Shown piece by piece: positions 62,194 to 64,000 of a DNA stretch of 64,000 bases. Under the pieces are notes generated by a model. That model was not told where the DNA came from. It was given only the letters and a program-made list of their open reading frames with translations, and searched no databases. Origin of the DNA: an uncultured Oscillospiraceae bacterium (GTDB taxonomy: Bacteria; Bacillota; Clostridia; Oscillospirales; Oscillospiraceae); the NCBI GenBank assembly GCA_947624395.1, contig CANQKA010000001.1:16446-80445 (forward strand), in the 5' to 3' direction. Position numbers and translations under genes: made by a program. Every line of letters begins with the position of its first letter. Within the stretch, counting starts at the first letter, position 1.

Positions 62194-62494
62194 GGTGACG
62201 ATCAGCGATGCCGCCGATGCGGACCTGGACGAGGTCATCGGGTATATCGCCACTGTGCTCGCCGATCCCCAGGCCGCCGCTTCTTTGGCCGACAAAATAG
62301 CCGCGTGCTATGACGACTTGTCGCGCACGCCTTATATGTACAGCCAGTGTCTGAATCTGCGATTGCAGGCTCTTGGTTACAGGCGTGTCAGCATTCAAAA
62401 TTACATCATGGTGTACCGTGTTGACGAAGAGCGCAAAACCGTCTATATTCTCCGCTTCTTCTACGGCCCCCGCGATTATGAACGGTTGATATAA
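62186..62494 (+). CDS. Type II toxin, RelE/ParE superfamily
   Basis: A 102-aa ORF. The pattern YKVTISDAADADLDEVIGYI...YRRVSIQNYIMVYRVDEERKTVYILRFFYGPRDY fits the superfamily. Confidence 0.8.
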   Translation: MYKVTISDAADADLDEVIGYIATVLADPQAAASLADKIAACYDDLSRTPYMYSQCLNLRLQALGYRRVSIQNYIMVYRVDEERKTVYILRFFYGPRDYERLI

Positions 62495-62523
62495 CCGCCT
62501 CTGACCGACGAATGAGCGCTGAC

Positions 62524-64000
62524 CTATTGCGCCACTGTATAGAGCGCATAGAAATAGCCTTTCCTGTCCATTAACTCATCAAACATTCCGGATTCGACGA
62601 TATGGCCGTCTTTCAGAACGATGATGCCGTCATACTGCTTCAGGAGCGACCCTGCCAACGCGTGCGTTACGACGATGCGGGTGATGCCATCCAATTGCAA
62701 TATATCGCCCGTCACTTGATAAGCTGTCTCGGCGTCAAGCGCCGCGGTCACTTCATCGGCAAGCAAAACCGACGATTTTTGCAAGAGGCTGCGGGCAATG
62801 GATATGCGCTGTTTCTCGCCGCCGGACAGGTTCTTGCCGTTCTCGCCGCACAGATAGTCCCCGCCGCGCTGGTTTATGAGCCGTGACAGCCCCGAAAGCT
62901 CGATGGCCCTATCCACATCGCCAGCCGGGAAATCTCGAAACATGGTAATGTTGTCACGGATGGAGGCGTCAAACACAAACACATTCTGCTCGACCATGGA
63001 AACCAGCTCATACAGCGACTTGCTGCTGATATCCCGTAATTCCGCGCCGTCAAAACAGATGGTCCCTCCATAGTCGTGGCGCGACGCCATCAGAAGCTTC
63101 AGGAGCGTAGATTTCCCACTGCCGGAATTGCCAACGATGGCATAGCTCTTTCCTGCCTGAAAATCTATATTGATGTGGTGCAATATCTCATTGTCCGGCT
63201 CATAGCCGAAGCACAGATCATGTACCGCAATGCCGTTTTCCAAACAGTTGGGGATATTTTTTCCCTCGTCGCGGACGTTTAACTCCAACGACAGCGCCAT
63301 TTTATCCACCAACGCCAGCGCCGCCCGACGGCTTGCCAGAAGCTCCGGCATTTGACCCACGACCGTTATCACCGCGCCGGTCAGATCGATAAAGACAAAG
63401 AGCATGCCTGGGGTGATACCAAACCCCTGTTGCGCCAGCACAGCGCCGACAAGGAGCGTTCCCAGCTGTGTGGATGCCTCCGCTATCCCGCCGATCGCGG
63501 AGAGGATCACAGAGAGCTTCCGTTTGCGGCACTTGGCTTCCTCAACCGCCAGACTGCTCTGCTCCAGCTGATCGATCGCAGCGTTTTCAGCCCGAAAGCT
63601 TTTTATCACGGAAAAACCACTGAGAATGTCCCTCAATGACGCCGCAAAACCGGCGTTTCGCTCCGATGTTTCCCTTTCCGCCTTTTCCATAGTTCGCCCG
63701 GTGCATGAGGAAGCCAGCAGCGGCATTACGCAAAGACCGATGGCGACAATGGCAAGCACAGGGCTGTATACCAGCATCAGCGCAACGGCGCCGCAGGCCC
63801 ACACCGTGTTGAAGACCAGCGCGGACTGCTTCTCGAGATAATTTGTCTCAATGGCTGTCAAATCGTTGGAAAAGGCGGAGATATACGTGCTCGTGGCCTC
63901 GCTCTGAAAGCAGGCGATGCTTTTTCCTGTCAGTTTTTCAAAGGCAAAGCGCTTGAACTGCATCAGCGCCTTTTTCATAAAACGCGGCTGTGAAAAATAA
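62524..64000 (-). CDS. ABC transporter, fused permease/ATP-binding protein (exporter); the 5' end lies beyond the window
   Basis: The frame stays open upstream of the track's Met (…YFSQPRFMKKALMQ…) to position 64000. Walker A GNSGSGKST, signature LSGGEKQR and Walker B LLADEVT are present. The region is visibly AT-richer. Confidence 0.85.
   Translation of the reverse strand, partial: YFSQPRFMKKALMQFKRFAFEKLTGKSIACFQSEATSTYISAFSNDLTAIETNYLEKQSALVFNTVWACGAVALMLVYSPVLAIVAIGLCVMPLLASSCTGRTMEKAERETSERNAGFAASLRDILSGFSVIKSFRAENAAIDQLEQSSLAVEEAKCRKRKLSVILSAIGGIAEASTQLGTLLVGAVLAQQGFGITPGMLFVFIDLTGAVITVVGQMPELLASRRAALALVDKMALSLELNVRDEGKNIPNCLENGIAVHDLCFGYEPDNEILHHINIDFQAGKSYAIVGNSGSGKSTLLKLLMASRHDYGGTICFDGAELRDISSKSLYELVSMVEQNVFVFDASIRDNITMFRDFPAGDVDRAIELSGLSRLINQRGGDYLCGENGKNLSGGEKQRISIARSLLQKSSVLLADEVTAALDAETAYQVTGDILQLDGITRIVVTHALAGSLLKQYDGIIVLKDGHIVESGMFDELMDRKGYFYALYTVAQ

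Overview
This is a 64-kb chromosomal window from a high-GC, spore-forming Firmicute. The Clostridia/Oscillospiraceae-like assignment is an inference from spoIVB, the gene content and the very GC-rich third codon positions. All protein family calls come from reading motifs in the supplied translations; no database search was run. Many long ORFs in the track are Arg/Gly/Pro/His-rich antisense shadows of real genes and were discarded.

Content, in order:
- A partial GH3 glycosidase.
- An ADP-ribose-processing neighbourhood: an ADP-ribosylglycohydrolase, an orphan protein, a small vWA protein and a macro-domain/HTH protein.
- A [FeFe]-hydrogenase.
- typA and an ABC exporter.
- A five-gene envelope operon: GH79-like hydrolase, flavodoxin/ferredoxin fusion, GT2-GtrA, a membrane protein and a phosphodiester glycosidase.
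- A membrane pseudokinase with SH3b and C-type-lectin-like ectodomains, convergent with a transglutaminase-like protein carrying three Fn3-like repeats.
- rpsO-pnp, a threonine-aldolase-like gene, an FMN riboswitch with ribU, and spoIVB.
- A TAXI-TRAP transporter divergent from an FMN-dependent dehydrogenase.
- An IS1182-type transposase scar that truncates a BlaR1-like gene.
- A tightly packed operon of about 19.8 kb and 21 genes on the minus strand. It is controlled by one cobalamin riboswitch and covers corrinoid uptake, anaerobic corrin ring synthesis and nucleotide loop assembly.
- An esterase, a UvrA paralog, pyk, a C69 dipeptidase, a secreted acidic protein, a Phd/RelE-type toxin-antitoxin pair and a partial ABC exporter.

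The most interesting observations:
1. The first riboswitch-controlled gene encodes a signal-peptide-bearing CbiK-type chelatase fused to two NEAT-like domains, followed by a BtuFCD-like importer.
2. Two families of structured intergenic repeats show compensatory stem changes. One of them carries consensus extended -10 boxes directly upstream of genes.
3. The pseudokinase has only a kinase C-lobe and contains a long Thr-Gly repeat.
4. A roughly 106-aa mini-CobU paralog sits in the operon alongside a full-length CobU.
5. A hairpin sequesters the ribosome-binding site of the vWA gene.
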